Virus record (IMG/VR): IMGVR_UViG_3300022074_000012
Span: 30,872 to 94,871 of that record
DNA length: 64,000 nucleotides
Source: a virus
Direction: 5' to 3' (one strand)
In this document: positions 47,746-56,201 of the stretch, piece after piece
Layout: each line of letters opens with the position of its first letter
How positions within the stretch are numbered: the stretch's first letter is position 1
The notes under the pieces: generated by a model
The model's database searches: none
What the model was told of the DNA's origin: nothing
What the model saw: the letters and a program-made list of their open reading frames with translations, nothing else
Translations under genes and position numbers: made by a program

Positions 47746-48105
47746 ATGACAATAACAAAACACGATGCACTTATGTCTTTAAAACCTGGCGAAGGTTGGT
47801 CTTGGGCTGGTTTTGATTATAAAGATTTAAATTGGGAAGGTAGTAGTACAAAACCAACTGAATCAGAAATAGATGCAGAATTAACAAAATTAAATAATGC
47901 AGAACCCATGACACAATTAAGATATGAAAGAAATAAAAAAATAGCAGAGAGTGATTGGAGAGCAAATTCAGACGTTACTCTTTCAGATGAATGGAAAACC
48001 TATCGACAAGCATTGAGAGATATAACAAGTGGTGCATCACCTAAACTAGACAGTGTAGGTAGATTAGATATGACATCAGTAACTTGGCCAACTGAACCAT
48101 CATAA
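47746..48105 (+). CDS. Phage tail-fibre assembly chaperone-like
   Basis: LRYERN...SDW...WKTYRQALRD...VTWPTEP. Confidence 0.75.
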   Translation: MTITKHDALMSLKPGEGWSWAGFDYKDLNWEGSSTKPTESEIDAELTKLNNAEPMTQLRYERNKKIAESDWRANSDVTLSDEWKTYRQALRDITSGASPKLDSVGRLDMTSVTWPTEPS

Positions 48106-48121
48106 TTGAAAATATAATATA

Positions 48122-48706
48122 ATGTCTGACATCCGATTTAACAACTGGAAACATCAATCGGGCACGGGAGGTGTCTCGCAAAATTCTGGTGGAAATGTGG
48201 GTATCGGATCTACACTTCCATCATCAAAGCTTGATGTCGGTGGTGATGGTAAGTTCACTGGTGTTGTTACTGCGACTTCTTTTAGTGGTAGTGGTGCAAA
48301 CCTAACTGGTATTGATGCTTCTGCAATTAAGTTTAGTGGAGCAGTCAAAGCACAGGCAAACAATAGTGGTGTTGTAATCACTGGTGTTGCCACTGCGACT
48401 AAGTTTGTTGGTGATGGTTCTGATCTAACTGGTCTTCCATCAGGTAGTGAGTTTAATTTTGGTACAGCAGGTATCACAACTGTTAAGAATCTTGGTATTC
48501 AAACCACCACAGTTGATAATTATGAAACAGTTGGTGCTGCAAATTCATTTAGAGGTATCTACATTGGTGATGGTTCACTTGTATTCAACGCAAGACTTGA
48601 TAATATCAATGGTTATTATATTGGAACTGGACGAAATGCATTGAATGCAGGACCAGTTACATTAGGTTCAACCATGACACTTGACGGTGCATGGGTTATC
48701 GTGTAG
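48122..48706 (+). CDS. Short fibre adapter protein
   Basis: GNVGIGST.P; C-terminal NAGPV...GAWVIV. Confidence 0.6.
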   Translation: MSDIRFNNWKHQSGTGGVSQNSGGNVGIGSTLPSSKLDVGGDGKFTGVVTATSFSGSGANLTGIDASAIKFSGAVKAQANNSGVVITGVATATKFVGDGSDLTGLPSGSEFNFGTAGITTVKNLGIQTTTVDNYETVGAANSFRGIYIGDGSLVFNARLDNINGYYIGTGRNALNAGPVTLGSTMTLDGAWVIV

Positions 48707-48718
48707 TATAGGAGAGTT

Positions 48719-49249
48719 ATGACAATTACAATACATCCAGACGGAAGAATGATGCATGGAGGAACTAATGTCACTCCGTCCATAATGGTTGATAGTTGGA
48801 GATTAAGTAGTAATATAACTAACGATGCAACTTTAACATCTGCGAATGGACTTGTAAGAACTAGTAATTTAAATGGAAGAGGTACTATTGGTCCAGCTAT
48901 GTCTGTTGATAGTAGTGGAAAATGGACTTTTCCACTAACAGGAGTTTATCTGGTAATATTTAAAGGTGTATTTGACAATAGAAATGCTGATACTTCGTGG
49001 AATTATATGACTTCACAATCATCAACTGATGGTGGTTCTACTTACACTTCTATTGGAGATGCAGTGCAATTTGCCACTAGTTCTAGTTATAGATTTGCAT
49101 CATGTGAGGGAACGATAGTTTTTAATGTAACAAACACATCAACACATCATCTTAAATTTAATTTTGATACAAATAATAGCAGTTCAATATGTATGGGTAA
49201 TGCAAGAGATGATACAACATTTAAATTTATCCGCATGGCTGACATATAA
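48719..49249 (+). CDS. Short adhesin
   Basis: MSVDSSGKWTFPLTGVYLV C1q-like pattern. Confidence 0.6.
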   Translation: MTITIHPDGRMMHGGTNVTPSIMVDSWRLSSNITNDATLTSANGLVRTSNLNGRGTIGPAMSVDSSGKWTFPLTGVYLVIFKGVFDNRNADTSWNYMTSQSSTDGGSTYTSIGDAVQFATSSSYRFASCEGTIVFNVTNTSTHHLKFNFDTNNSSSICMGNARDDTTFKFIRMADI

Positions 49250-49252
49250 ATA
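49245..49252 (+). promoter_or_regulatory. T4 late promoter
   Basis: TATAAATA. Confidence 0.55.
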
Positions 49253-49257
49253 AGATT

Positions 49258-49620
49258 ATGAAATACGACATTACTCACTCACTAATAGCATTAAAACCAG
49301 GAGCACAGTGGGTTCTTCGTGGAACTGAATACTCTGGTCTTGAATGGTTAGATAGTAGTCAGACAAAACCAACAGAAACAGAAATCAATAGTAAGATTTC
49401 TTCACTTGACTCAGCAGAAGCAATGAGATTATTGCGTATTGAAAGAGATACAAGAATTGCAAAGACAGATTGGAGAGCATCATCTGACTTAACATTAGCA
49501 TCTGCTTGGAGCACTTATCGTCAAGCACTTCGTGATTTACCTGCAAGTGCAACACCTAAGTTAGATTCTAATTATGAATTAGATTTAACATCGGTTACTT
49601 GGCCAACTGAACCTTCATAA
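49258..49620 (+). CDS. Phage tail-fibre assembly chaperone-like (paralogue of 47746)
   Basis: LRIERD...TDW...YRQALRDLP...VTWPTEPS. Confidence 0.75.
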   Translation: MKYDITHSLIALKPGAQWVLRGTEYSGLEWLDSSQTKPTETEINSKISSLDSAEAMRLLRIERDTRIAKTDWRASSDLTLASAWSTYRQALRDLPASATPKLDSNYELDLTSVTWPTEPS

Positions 49621-49622
49621 CT

Positions 49623-50114
49623 ATGTCATCAGAATTAAGAGTCGATAAAATAATTCCAACTGGTGGTGTTCCCACTGGTGGTGGAGGTGGAATAGTCCAA
49701 GTGGTGGGAGAGACATATACCTCTTCATCAAACATTATGACTACTTCAACAAGTTTTACTGTTCTTTCAAATTTTAACACCTCAATCACACCTCATTTTT
49801 CAAGTAGTAAGATTTTCGTTCTATTTTCTTTTCCTGCATATGCAACCAATTCATATGATGGAGGGATAGCAGATTACACGATTGGAAGGAATGGTTCTGT
49901 GATTAATAATTTTTCTTATGGATCATTATATCAAAATGTCTCTGGAAGTCATTACTCACCTTACACCATGCACATAGTTGACTCTCCATCAACAACAAGT
50001 GCAGTTACATATAATCTAATGTGCAAAACAAATAGTTCAAGTAACTCTATCGGAGTAGGTTCCTATGGAGCTAATGAGATCATAAGTGTAACACTTATGG
50101 AGGTATCAGCATAA
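49623..50114 (+). CDS. Short adhesin
   Basis: MSSELRVDKI, GGIVQVV, ITP.FSSSKI, DSPSTTSAVTY, LMEVSA. Confidence 0.6.
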   Translation: MSSELRVDKIIPTGGVPTGGGGGIVQVVGETYTSSSNIMTTSTSFTVLSNFNTSITPHFSSSKIFVLFSFPAYATNSYDGGIADYTIGRNGSVINNFSYGSLYQNVSGSHYSPYTMHIVDSPSTTSAVTYNLMCKTNSSSNSIGVGSYGANEIISVTLMEVSA

Positions 50115-50638
50115 TGTCAGAATTAAGAACCAATCGAATTATTCCAAGAGATGGACTTCCTGCTGGTGCGAGTGGTGGTGGAATTATTCAAGTTGTACAA
50201 ACAACTAAAACTGACCCTACTACAAGTAATTCAGCTTCTTATGCTGATCTAACTGGTTTATCAGCAACAATAACACCAACAAGATCAGATAGTAAGATAT
50301 TATTTCAATACACTATTCCTTTTTCTCATAGAAACAGTTATGTGCATTTTCGATTAGTCAGAGGGAGTACTGCTATTTTTGTAGCAGATGCCTCTAGTAA
50401 TAGATCTCGAACAACGTATGGTACATGGTCGAATAATGGGGATGGTGATTATATTACAAAACTTTTTTCTGGTTTATATTTAGATTCACCCGCTACAACT
50501 TCAGCAGTAACTTACAAAATACAAGCATTCGTGACAAATAGTAGCACAGTTTATATCAATAGGTCTAAAGGAGATGATGATCAAACTTACGAACCTAGAC
50601 AAGCTTCAAATATTATACTTATGGAAGTATCAGGCTAA
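50114..50638 (+). CDS. Short adhesin (paralogue of 49623)
   Basis: MSELRTNRI, GGIIQVV, ITPTRSDSKI, DSPATTSAVTY, LMEVSG. Confidence 0.6.
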   Translation: MSELRTNRIIPRDGLPAGASGGGIIQVVQTTKTDPTTSNSASYADLTGLSATITPTRSDSKILFQYTIPFSHRNSYVHFRLVRGSTAIFVADASSNRSRTTYGTWSNNGDGDYITKLFSGLYLDSPATTSAVTYKIQAFVTNSSTVYINRSKGDDDQTYEPRQASNIILMEVSG

Positions 50639-50663
50639 ATAACTAAAAGGATATACTAAAAGA

Positions 50664-51215
50664 ATGAGTACCCTTAGAATTCATGGTATTGAGGCAAAGT
50701 CAGATCCTACTAGTGCATCAGTCAACGAAAAAATAAAAATAACAAATTCTAATGGAGACTTACTACTTCATTTAGATGGAACGCAGGCGGGTATTGGTAC
50801 TGTTGGTGTCACAACGACTGGTACAACTTTTCATGTAGATCGTGCGACAGGGGAAATAACTTTTGTAACTGATGCCAAATTCAATGGAACTGTTGGTATT
50901 GCAGGAACATTAACATACGAAGACGTAACTAATATAGATTCAGTCGGTGTTATAACCGCAAGAGATGGACTTCGTGTTACTGGAATCGCAACTGCAACTG
51001 CATTTCATGGTGATGGTTCACAATTAACAGGTATTGCACCTGGTTCTCCTGTTGGTGGTGCATCAACAAACACTGTTTTCTTTGAGAATGACAATTCAGT
51101 CGATGTAAATTACTCTATTACATCAGGTAAAAATGCGATGGCTGCAGGTCCTATCGCAATTAAATCAGGCATCACAGTCACTGTGCCTTCAGGTAGTTTC
51201 TTGACTATCGTATAA
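50664..51215 (+). CDS. Short fibre adapter protein
   Basis: GTLTYEDVT module; FFEND...KNAMAAGPI...GSFLTIV. Confidence 0.6.
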   Translation: MSTLRIHGIEAKSDPTSASVNEKIKITNSNGDLLLHLDGTQAGIGTVGVTTTGTTFHVDRATGEITFVTDAKFNGTVGIAGTLTYEDVTNIDSVGVITARDGLRVTGIATATAFHGDGSQLTGIAPGSPVGGASTNTVFFENDNSVDVNYSITSGKNAMAAGPIAIKSGITVTVPSGSFLTIV

Positions 51216-51218
51216 ATA
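51211..51218 (+). promoter_or_regulatory. T4 late promoter
   Basis: TATAAATA. Confidence 0.7.
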
Positions 51219-51237
51219 TCAGGGAGTAAAGAATCTT

Positions 51238-51864
51238 ATGCCAGTAACTATTAACGGAAATGGAAGTATAACAGGATTAGCAGTCGGTGGACTGCCAAAT
51301 GGATCTGTGGATGCTGATACTCTAGCATCAAATGCAGTGACAGATGTAAAATTAGCATCAAATGCAGTGACTAGTGCTAAGTTAGCAAATGGTGCAGCAG
51401 CAGGTGTTAAGTTAGGAACTGGTGCAGTGATTCAAACTGTCTCTCAAACTTTTGCACCTTATGGAGATGCTGATAATTCACTGAGAGCACACAGTGGTAC
51501 ATATACTGAAAGTGGAATTAACTTATCAATTACTCCTACTGTAAGCACATCAAAAATATTAGTTATGACAGAAGGTGGTTCTTTTGGATACAAGACAAGT
51601 GATTCTCAGGTAGATTATTATATGAGGTTGGTTGGCACACCGACAGGTGGTAGTCTTACAGAATTTAGAGAAATTGAAGTGAGAATGACAAATATGGGTA
51701 ATACTACACAAAGACTTTTTGATAGTTGGAGTATGAGTTATCTTCACGATCATAACGGGACTGTTGCGATAGAATATAAAGTTCAACATAAGACTGCTAC
51801 TGCTGAATATGCTTGGGCAAGATATAGAGGAGCAACTGTGACATTAATGGAGATTGCAGTATGA
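51238..51864 (+). CDS. Short adhesin
   Basis: AVT..KLA repeats; ITPTVSTSKI; LMEIAV. Confidence 0.6.
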   Translation: MPVTINGNGSITGLAVGGLPNGSVDADTLASNAVTDVKLASNAVTSAKLANGAAAGVKLGTGAVIQTVSQTFAPYGDADNSLRAHSGTYTESGINLSITPTVSTSKILVMTEGGSFGYKTSDSQVDYYMRLVGTPTGGSLTEFREIEVRMTNMGNTTQRLFDSWSMSYLHDHNGTVAIEYKVQHKTATAEYAWARYRGATVTLMEIAV

Positions 51865-52418
51865 GTAATATAAAATTAGTACATTCGGGAGGCAACAGTG
51901 TCTCTCTCACAACACCAGACAGTAATCCAGCGGCAAATCGCACATTAAAGGTGCCTGGTAATGCTGATGGCACAATCTTAACAGACACATATAAACCAGT
52001 ATTTTTTGCAAGAAATAATAATAATCAATCCATAGCAAATAACACATCAACTAAAATTCAATTTGATGCGGAGGTATTTGACTCACACGGATATTATGAT
52101 CATTCAACTAATTACAGGTTTACACCTCTATTAGCTGGATACTATTATATTACTGCAAGCATATACTATGTGAATGTAAATAATGTATATGCTATTGATA
52201 TTAAAAAAAATGGATCAAGATACGTTAATTTAGATTTTAAAGTTGATTTTGCTGGTACTCGTTCTGCATTTATATCCTCTTTAGTATCATTTAATGGGTC
52301 AAGTGATTATGTGGAAATTTTTGGATATCATACAACAGGTTCAAGTATAACTATTGGAAATGGAACACAATATTCCATCACTGAATTTTCGGGTCATTAT
52401 GTGAGGGCACTAGTATGA
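51861..52418 (+). CDS. Short adhesin with C1q-like domain
   Basis: YRFTPLLAGYYYI...FNGSSDYVEI. Confidence 0.6.
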   Translation: MSNIKLVHSGGNSVSLTTPDSNPAANRTLKVPGNADGTILTDTYKPVFFARNNNNQSIANNTSTKIQFDAEVFDSHGYYDHSTNYRFTPLLAGYYYITASIYYVNVNNVYAIDIKKNGSRYVNLDFKVDFAGTRSAFISSLVSFNGSSDYVEIFGYHTTGSSITIGNGTQYSITEFSGHYVRALV

Positions 52419-53608
52419 GCACATTAAAAGTAGACGCAATCAGACACAATAGTGCAACGAGTGATGCAATCACAACAGCAGCAGATGGAACTTGCACTGC
52501 AAAATTAACTTCTGTAGGTGGAGGACAACTATCTCATCGCAATCTCTTAATTAACGGAGATTACAGAATATCCCAACGAGCCACCTCATCTACATCTAAT
52601 GGATATCAAACGATGGATAGGTGGTATGTATATGCTGCTAATCATAGTGTTACAGTCACCACTGCTCAAGTGGATATAACAAGTGGTAATGCTTATGATG
52701 ATGGATTTAGAAAAGCTGCAAAAATATCTTTAAGTGGTGCAGGAACACTTGCAAATAATACAGAGATACTAATTTATCAAAAAATTGAAGCAACAAATTT
52801 AGCAAATAGTGGTTGGAATTATAAATCAGCATCAAGTAATATTACTCTTTCATTTTGGGTAAAATCAAGTACAGCACAAACATTTGCAGCTCATATAAGA
52901 ACTGAAGATGGCACAGCTTACCTATATTCTTTTACATATACAGTCGCACAAGCTAATGTTTGGCAAAAAATAACGAAAACTATTCCTGGTAATTCTAATA
53001 TAACAATTAGTGATAATAATGGTTCTGGACTCAGAGTTTATGTGGGTGTGCCAGCGATAGGTTCTGATTATACATCAGGGACTGCCGATACTTGGGTAGT
53101 CAGTTCTTCATCAAATAAATTTCCCACAGTTCCAAACACTTGGTTGACTGCAGGATCTTCGACCTTTGAATTAACGGGAGTTCAGTTAGAAGTTGGAGAC
53201 ACAGCAACCTCGTTCGAGCACCGTAGCTTTGGTGAGGAACTCTCGTTGTGTTATCGCTACTATTACAAACTAGGTAAGTTGGATTATATTAGTCAACATA
53301 TGTCTGCTGGAGAACAATATTGTATAGGTATGTCTGATAATGATAATGTTAACATATATGGAATGATAAATTTTCCAGTATTCATGAGAACTCCACCAAC
53401 AGGGATAGATGCAACAAGTGCTGGTAATTATCGAGTTAGACGAGACACAACACAAACTTGCACTGGTGTTCCAACTTTTATTGATGCAGCACATCATTAT
53501 TGTAGAGTCAATTTTCCTAAATCAAGTCATGGTTGGGGAACTGGACAAATGTTATGGTGTCAATCTGGTGGTTCAGGTAGTTACTTAGGATTTTCCGCAG
53601 AACTATAG
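52415..53608 (+). CDS. Tail fibre/adhesin (paralogue of 1-792)
   Basis: RNLLINGD..SQR, LSFWVKS, TGVQLEVG..FEHRSFGEEL, FSAEL. Confidence 0.7.
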   Translation: MSTLKVDAIRHNSATSDAITTAADGTCTAKLTSVGGGQLSHRNLLINGDYRISQRATSSTSNGYQTMDRWYVYAANHSVTVTTAQVDITSGNAYDDGFRKAAKISLSGAGTLANNTEILIYQKIEATNLANSGWNYKSASSNITLSFWVKSSTAQTFAAHIRTEDGTAYLYSFTYTVAQANVWQKITKTIPGNSNITISDNNGSGLRVYVGVPAIGSDYTSGTADTWVVSSSSNKFPTVPNTWLTAGSSTFELTGVQLEVGDTATSFEHRSFGEELSLCYRYYYKLGKLDYISQHMSAGEQYCIGMSDNDNVNIYGMINFPVFMRTPPTGIDATSAGNYRVRRDTTQTCTGVPTFIDAAHHYCRVNFPKSSHGWGTGQMLWCQSGGSGSYLGFSAEL

Positions 53609-53609
53609 C

Positions 53610-53638
53610 TTGACAAGTATCAAAAAATACTTTATAAT
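53610..53638 (+). promoter_or_regulatory. Sigma70 promoter
   Basis: TTGACA-N17-TATAAT. Confidence 0.85.
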
Positions 53639-53643
53639 AGAAA

Positions 53644-53743
53644 AGTCTTTAGCATCCTTGTAGATTTGGGACTAGAGATACTTCCCTGTGGTGGGGGAAG
53701 TGTGTTGGTGGTAACACAAAGGGAGGGTTTCCTCCCTTTTTTA
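53644..53743 (+). ncRNA. Candidate small RNA (~100 nt)
   Basis: Lies between a consensus promoter and a terminator; GC-rich; two hairpins with GGTGG-containing loops; no ATG ORF. Confidence 0.55.
53718..53743 (+). terminator. Intrinsic terminator
   Basis: AAAGGGAGG-GTTT-CCTCCCTTT-TTT. Confidence 0.8.
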
Positions 53744-53778
53744 TTTTTATAAATCATTATTTAAGGCTAACAACAAAC

Positions 53779-54021
53779 ATGAATTTCACTGTGTTTTCTA
53801 AGGATGGATGTTCATATTGCGAGAAGGTAAAAAAGGTATTAGAGTTGACAAGTAGTAAGTTTGTGGTGTATACTTTAGGTGAACACTTTGATGAAAAAGC
53901 ATTTATTGAAGAATTTGGATATGATACTACATTCCCACAGGTTGTGTGTGATGGTAAAAAACTAGGAGGTACAGTTGAAACAGTTAAGTTCCTCAGAGAA
54001 CAAAAAATCATCTCCGTCTGA
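53779..54021 (+). CDS. nrdC: Glutaredoxin
   Basis: CSYC, TFPQV, LGG. Confidence 0.85.
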   Translation: MNFTVFSKDGCSYCEKVKKVLELTSSKFVVYTLGEHFDEKAFIEEFGYDTTFPQVVCDGKKLGGTVETVKFLREQKIISV

Positions 54022-54187
54022 GCTAAATAAATCAAACCTCGAAATAAATCGTGGTTTTGAATTTATCCTCAACGCAGGTAAAAAGAAACAAGTGAAACCA
54101 TTTTCATTTGTTTTTGATAAGATATTTAATTTCTTCAATCGAGAGATTGGTATCTACTTTGAATTTTCTTTGTCGAAAAGAAAATAA
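53975..54187 (+). CDS. Hypothetical protein (start uncertain)
   Basis: ORF fills the gap between glutaredoxin and 54206. Confidence 0.4.
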   Translation: MKQLSSSENKKSSPSELNKSNLEINRGFEFILNAGKKKQVKPFSFVFDKIFNFFNREIGIYFEFSLSKRK

Positions 54188-54205
54188 CATAACCCAAGGA
54201 GTATC

Positions 54206-54433
54206 ATGGATATTCAAGTCCTGACCGCACTTGCCTTACCTATTTCAATAATGTTTTTCCTACTCGGAATACTTATAGGTTGGGTAGCAAGAGACTATAT
54301 GATGAATTATCGAGAGATTCCTAGACCTCATCCTGAGATGTTTGACATCAATGGAAATTTAGTACCAGATGAAATTGTAGCATTTAGATTTGAAAACAAT
54401 TATGACAACGACAGCGAAGAAGACGACGACTAA
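54206..54433 (+). CDS. DUF2973-like membrane protein
   Basis: TM plus PHPEMFD.NG motif, acidic tail; AAGGAG SD. Confidence 0.6.
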   Translation: MDIQVLTALALPISIMFFLLGILIGWVARDYMMNYREIPRPHPEMFDINGNLVPDEIVAFRFENNYDNDSEEDDD

Positions 54434-54977
54434 AAAAGATCCACTTGAACTTCCTTTAAAACCATTTGCATTTGAAGTATTTCACCTTGCATCAAAGCAA
54501 AGATCGAAAGCAAAGAAGGTTGAAGTATTGAAAAGATATGAAGATCCATCACTGAAAGCATTATTCATATGGAACTTTGATGAAACTGTTGTATCAGTTC
54601 TTCCGCCAGGTGAAGTTCCTTACACTGGATATGATGAGCAAACATCAAATAGTGGTACTTTGACAACAAAAATATCTCATGAAGTTCGTAAAATGCATGA
54701 GACAGGTTCTTTTTCAATCGGATCAGGTGATAAGCAAGGACATACTACAGTCCGTAGAGAGTTTAAAAACTTTTACCATTTTTTGAAAGGTGGTAATGAT
54801 TCTTTGAATAACATTCGTCGTGAGACAATGTTTATTAACATACTTGAAGGATTACATCCACTTGAAGCAGAGATTATTGTACTTGTAAAGGATAAGAATC
54901 TTGAAGAAAAATATAAAATTACAAAAGATATTGTATCAGAAGCATATCCAGATATTACATGGGGTGGTAGATCATGA
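54402..54977 (+). CDS. Conserved T4-like cyanophage hypothetical protein
   Basis: LPPGEVPY and RRETMFINILEGLHPLEAEI motifs. Confidence 0.7.
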   Translation: MTTTAKKTTTKKDPLELPLKPFAFEVFHLASKQRSKAKKVEVLKRYEDPSLKALFIWNFDETVVSVLPPGEVPYTGYDEQTSNSGTLTTKISHEVRKMHETGSFSIGSGDKQGHTTVRREFKNFYHFLKGGNDSLNNIRRETMFINILEGLHPLEAEIIVLVKDKNLEEKYKITKDIVSEAYPDITWGGRS

Positions 54978-55321
54978 CAACTAAAACTAAAACAGAACCA
55001 AAAGAGAAGAAAGAATTGATTTGGACAAGTCAGGAAAAAGAAAATCATAAGAGTGAATATGGTTGCGAGATTATCGTAGAGAATGGAACTCTTGAACAAG
55101 TATCAGTAACAAATGCTCCAACTGATGCGTGTATCGTTACGTATGAATACAATGAGAAGGTCTGTCGTGACCTCACAAGAGGTGCGAGAGTCAAGTTGTT
55201 TGATATGTATTATGATAAGTTTAAAACAGGTCTGAAGATCATAGACTTTGGTAGAGGAACAATCAAACCTGCACTCTGGAAATATAATAATACACCGACC
55301 AAAACCAAAAAGCGGAAGTAA
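54974..55321 (+). CDS. Hypothetical protein
   Basis: 115-aa ORF, ATGA coupled. Confidence 0.65.
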   Translation: MTTKTKTEPKEKKELIWTSQEKENHKSEYGCEIIVENGTLEQVSVTNAPTDACIVTYEYNEKVCRDLTRGARVKLFDMYYDKFKTGLKIIDFGRGTIKPALWKYNNTPTKTKKRK

Positions 55322-55435
55322 TTTCAAATATACCGCAAAAAAAACTCCCCAAAATTTTTCGTGTGTAGGGTTTTTACGAAACAAAACCCATTATTTAGAT
55401 GCAAAATAGTCATAAATCTAAAATATTTCTAAAAA

Positions 55436-55451
55436 TGTATCATAAATTACA
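55436..55451. promoter_or_regulatory. NtcA-binding site
   Basis: TGTA-TCATAAAT-TACA = TGTA-N8-TACA. Confidence 0.6.
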
Positions 55452-55458
55452 AAACTAC

Positions 55459-55487
55459 TTGCATATATAGAGTGAATGTGTTAATAT
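55459..55487 (+). promoter_or_regulatory. Sigma70 promoter for the riboswitch locus
   Basis: TTGCAT-N17-TAATAT; predicted TSS ~55494, right at the first aptamer. Confidence 0.6.
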
Positions 55488-55495
55488 AGACACAT

Positions 55496-55728
55496 CGTTC
55501 ATCCAAATGTTAGAAGTTGCATTGCTATCTTCACTTCTCTCTCAACATCATCCGTCCCATTGGACAATGACATGTTTAGAGTGGAATCAAAACAGAGCAG
55601 AGATACTCAGCGATGGGAATCTTAACTCTGATGCTCACGAGTATCTTATAGATTACTTTTATAGCAAAGTTGAAGAAAAGAATTGTAAACCTATGATGTT
55701 TGGACGCAAGTAAGCCGACTCGGAACGG
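55496..55728 (+). ncRNA. Glutamine-riboswitch-like aptamer 1 (glnA/Downstream-peptide type) with expanded P2 loop
   Basis: CGTTC-ATCCAAA...TTTGGAC-GCAAGTAAGCCGACTC-GGAACGG. Confidence 0.65.
55507..55713 (+). CDS. 68-aa protein nested inside aptamer 1
   Basis: Hydrophobic N-terminus, two Cys; the stop TAA lies in the aptamer AGTAA. Confidence 0.6.
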   Translation: MLEVALLSSLLSQHHPSHWTMTCLEWNQNRAEILSDGNLNSDAHEYLIDYFYSKVEEKNCKPMMFGRK

Positions 55729-55731
55729 GTT

Positions 55732-55930
55732 CGTTCATCCTTATGTACCAGATTCTTCTTAGTCTAATAGCAATTGGAGCACCACTTGATTGTGATCATG
55801 CTGCTGAACTATTAGATATAGCAAGTAACAATCCTGATAAATCTGAGCAATTAGAGATAACAAGGGTTGTGGTAGCACATACTAATCCCATGTGTTTTTC
55901 AAAGGACGCAAAAGCCGACTGAAGGAACGG
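55732..55930 (+). ncRNA. Glutamine-riboswitch-like aptamer 2 with expanded P2 loop
   Basis: CGTTC-ATCCTT...AAGGAC-GCAAAAGCCGACTGAA-GGAACGG. Confidence 0.65.
55743..55922 (+). CDS. 59-aa protein nested inside aptamer 2
   Basis: MYQILLSLIAIGAPLDCDHAAELLDIASNNPDKSEQLEITRVVVAHTNPMCFSKDAKAD*; the stop TGA lies in CTGAA. Confidence 0.6.
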   Translation: MYQILLSLIAIGAPLDCDHAAELLDIASNNPDKSEQLEITRVVVAHTNPMCFSKDAKAD

Positions 55931-55964
55931 ATTTAAAACATCCAACTACTTTAGGAGCAAAACA

Positions 55965-56090
55965 ATGGCACAAGTCACTTACAGAGGAGTTCAGTACGAT
56001 ACTGAAACTCGTCTACAAGAACAAAAAATCCAACAGCCTCAACAAAAACAACTTGTTTACAGGGGTGTTGAAGTTAAAGGAGGCAAGTAA
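55965..56090 (+). CDS. DUF4278-family peptide
   Basis: MAQVTYRGVQYDT...LVYRGVEVKGGK with two YRGV motifs; AGGAG SD. Confidence 0.8.
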   Translation: MAQVTYRGVQYDTETRLQEQKIQQPQQKQLVYRGVEVKGGK

Positions 56091-56179
56091 TGTTGGTCAC
56101 TGCAGAAATTCTCGTGGCTAGCGTAGCATTTCTTGCAATAATCTACGTTGAAGCCAGACTCTTATACAGTTATAAATAA
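56090..56179 (+). CDS. 29-aa single-TM microprotein
   Basis: MLVTAEILVASVAFLAIIYVEARLLYSYK; GGAGG SD, TAATG coupling. Confidence 0.6.
   Translation: MLVTAEILVASVAFLAIIYVEARLLYSYK
56171..56178 (+). promoter_or_regulatory. T4 late promoter
   Basis: TATAAATA. Confidence 0.65.
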
Positions 56180-56201
56180 TTGTTACAAGAGGTAAAGTCA
56201 A

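Noticed and set aside
55494-55930. CRISPR-like or attC/integron array explanation for the repeats
   Set aside because: There are only two units, the inserts are 160-190 nt, and no cas or integrase gene is present. The repeats match a riboswitch core better.
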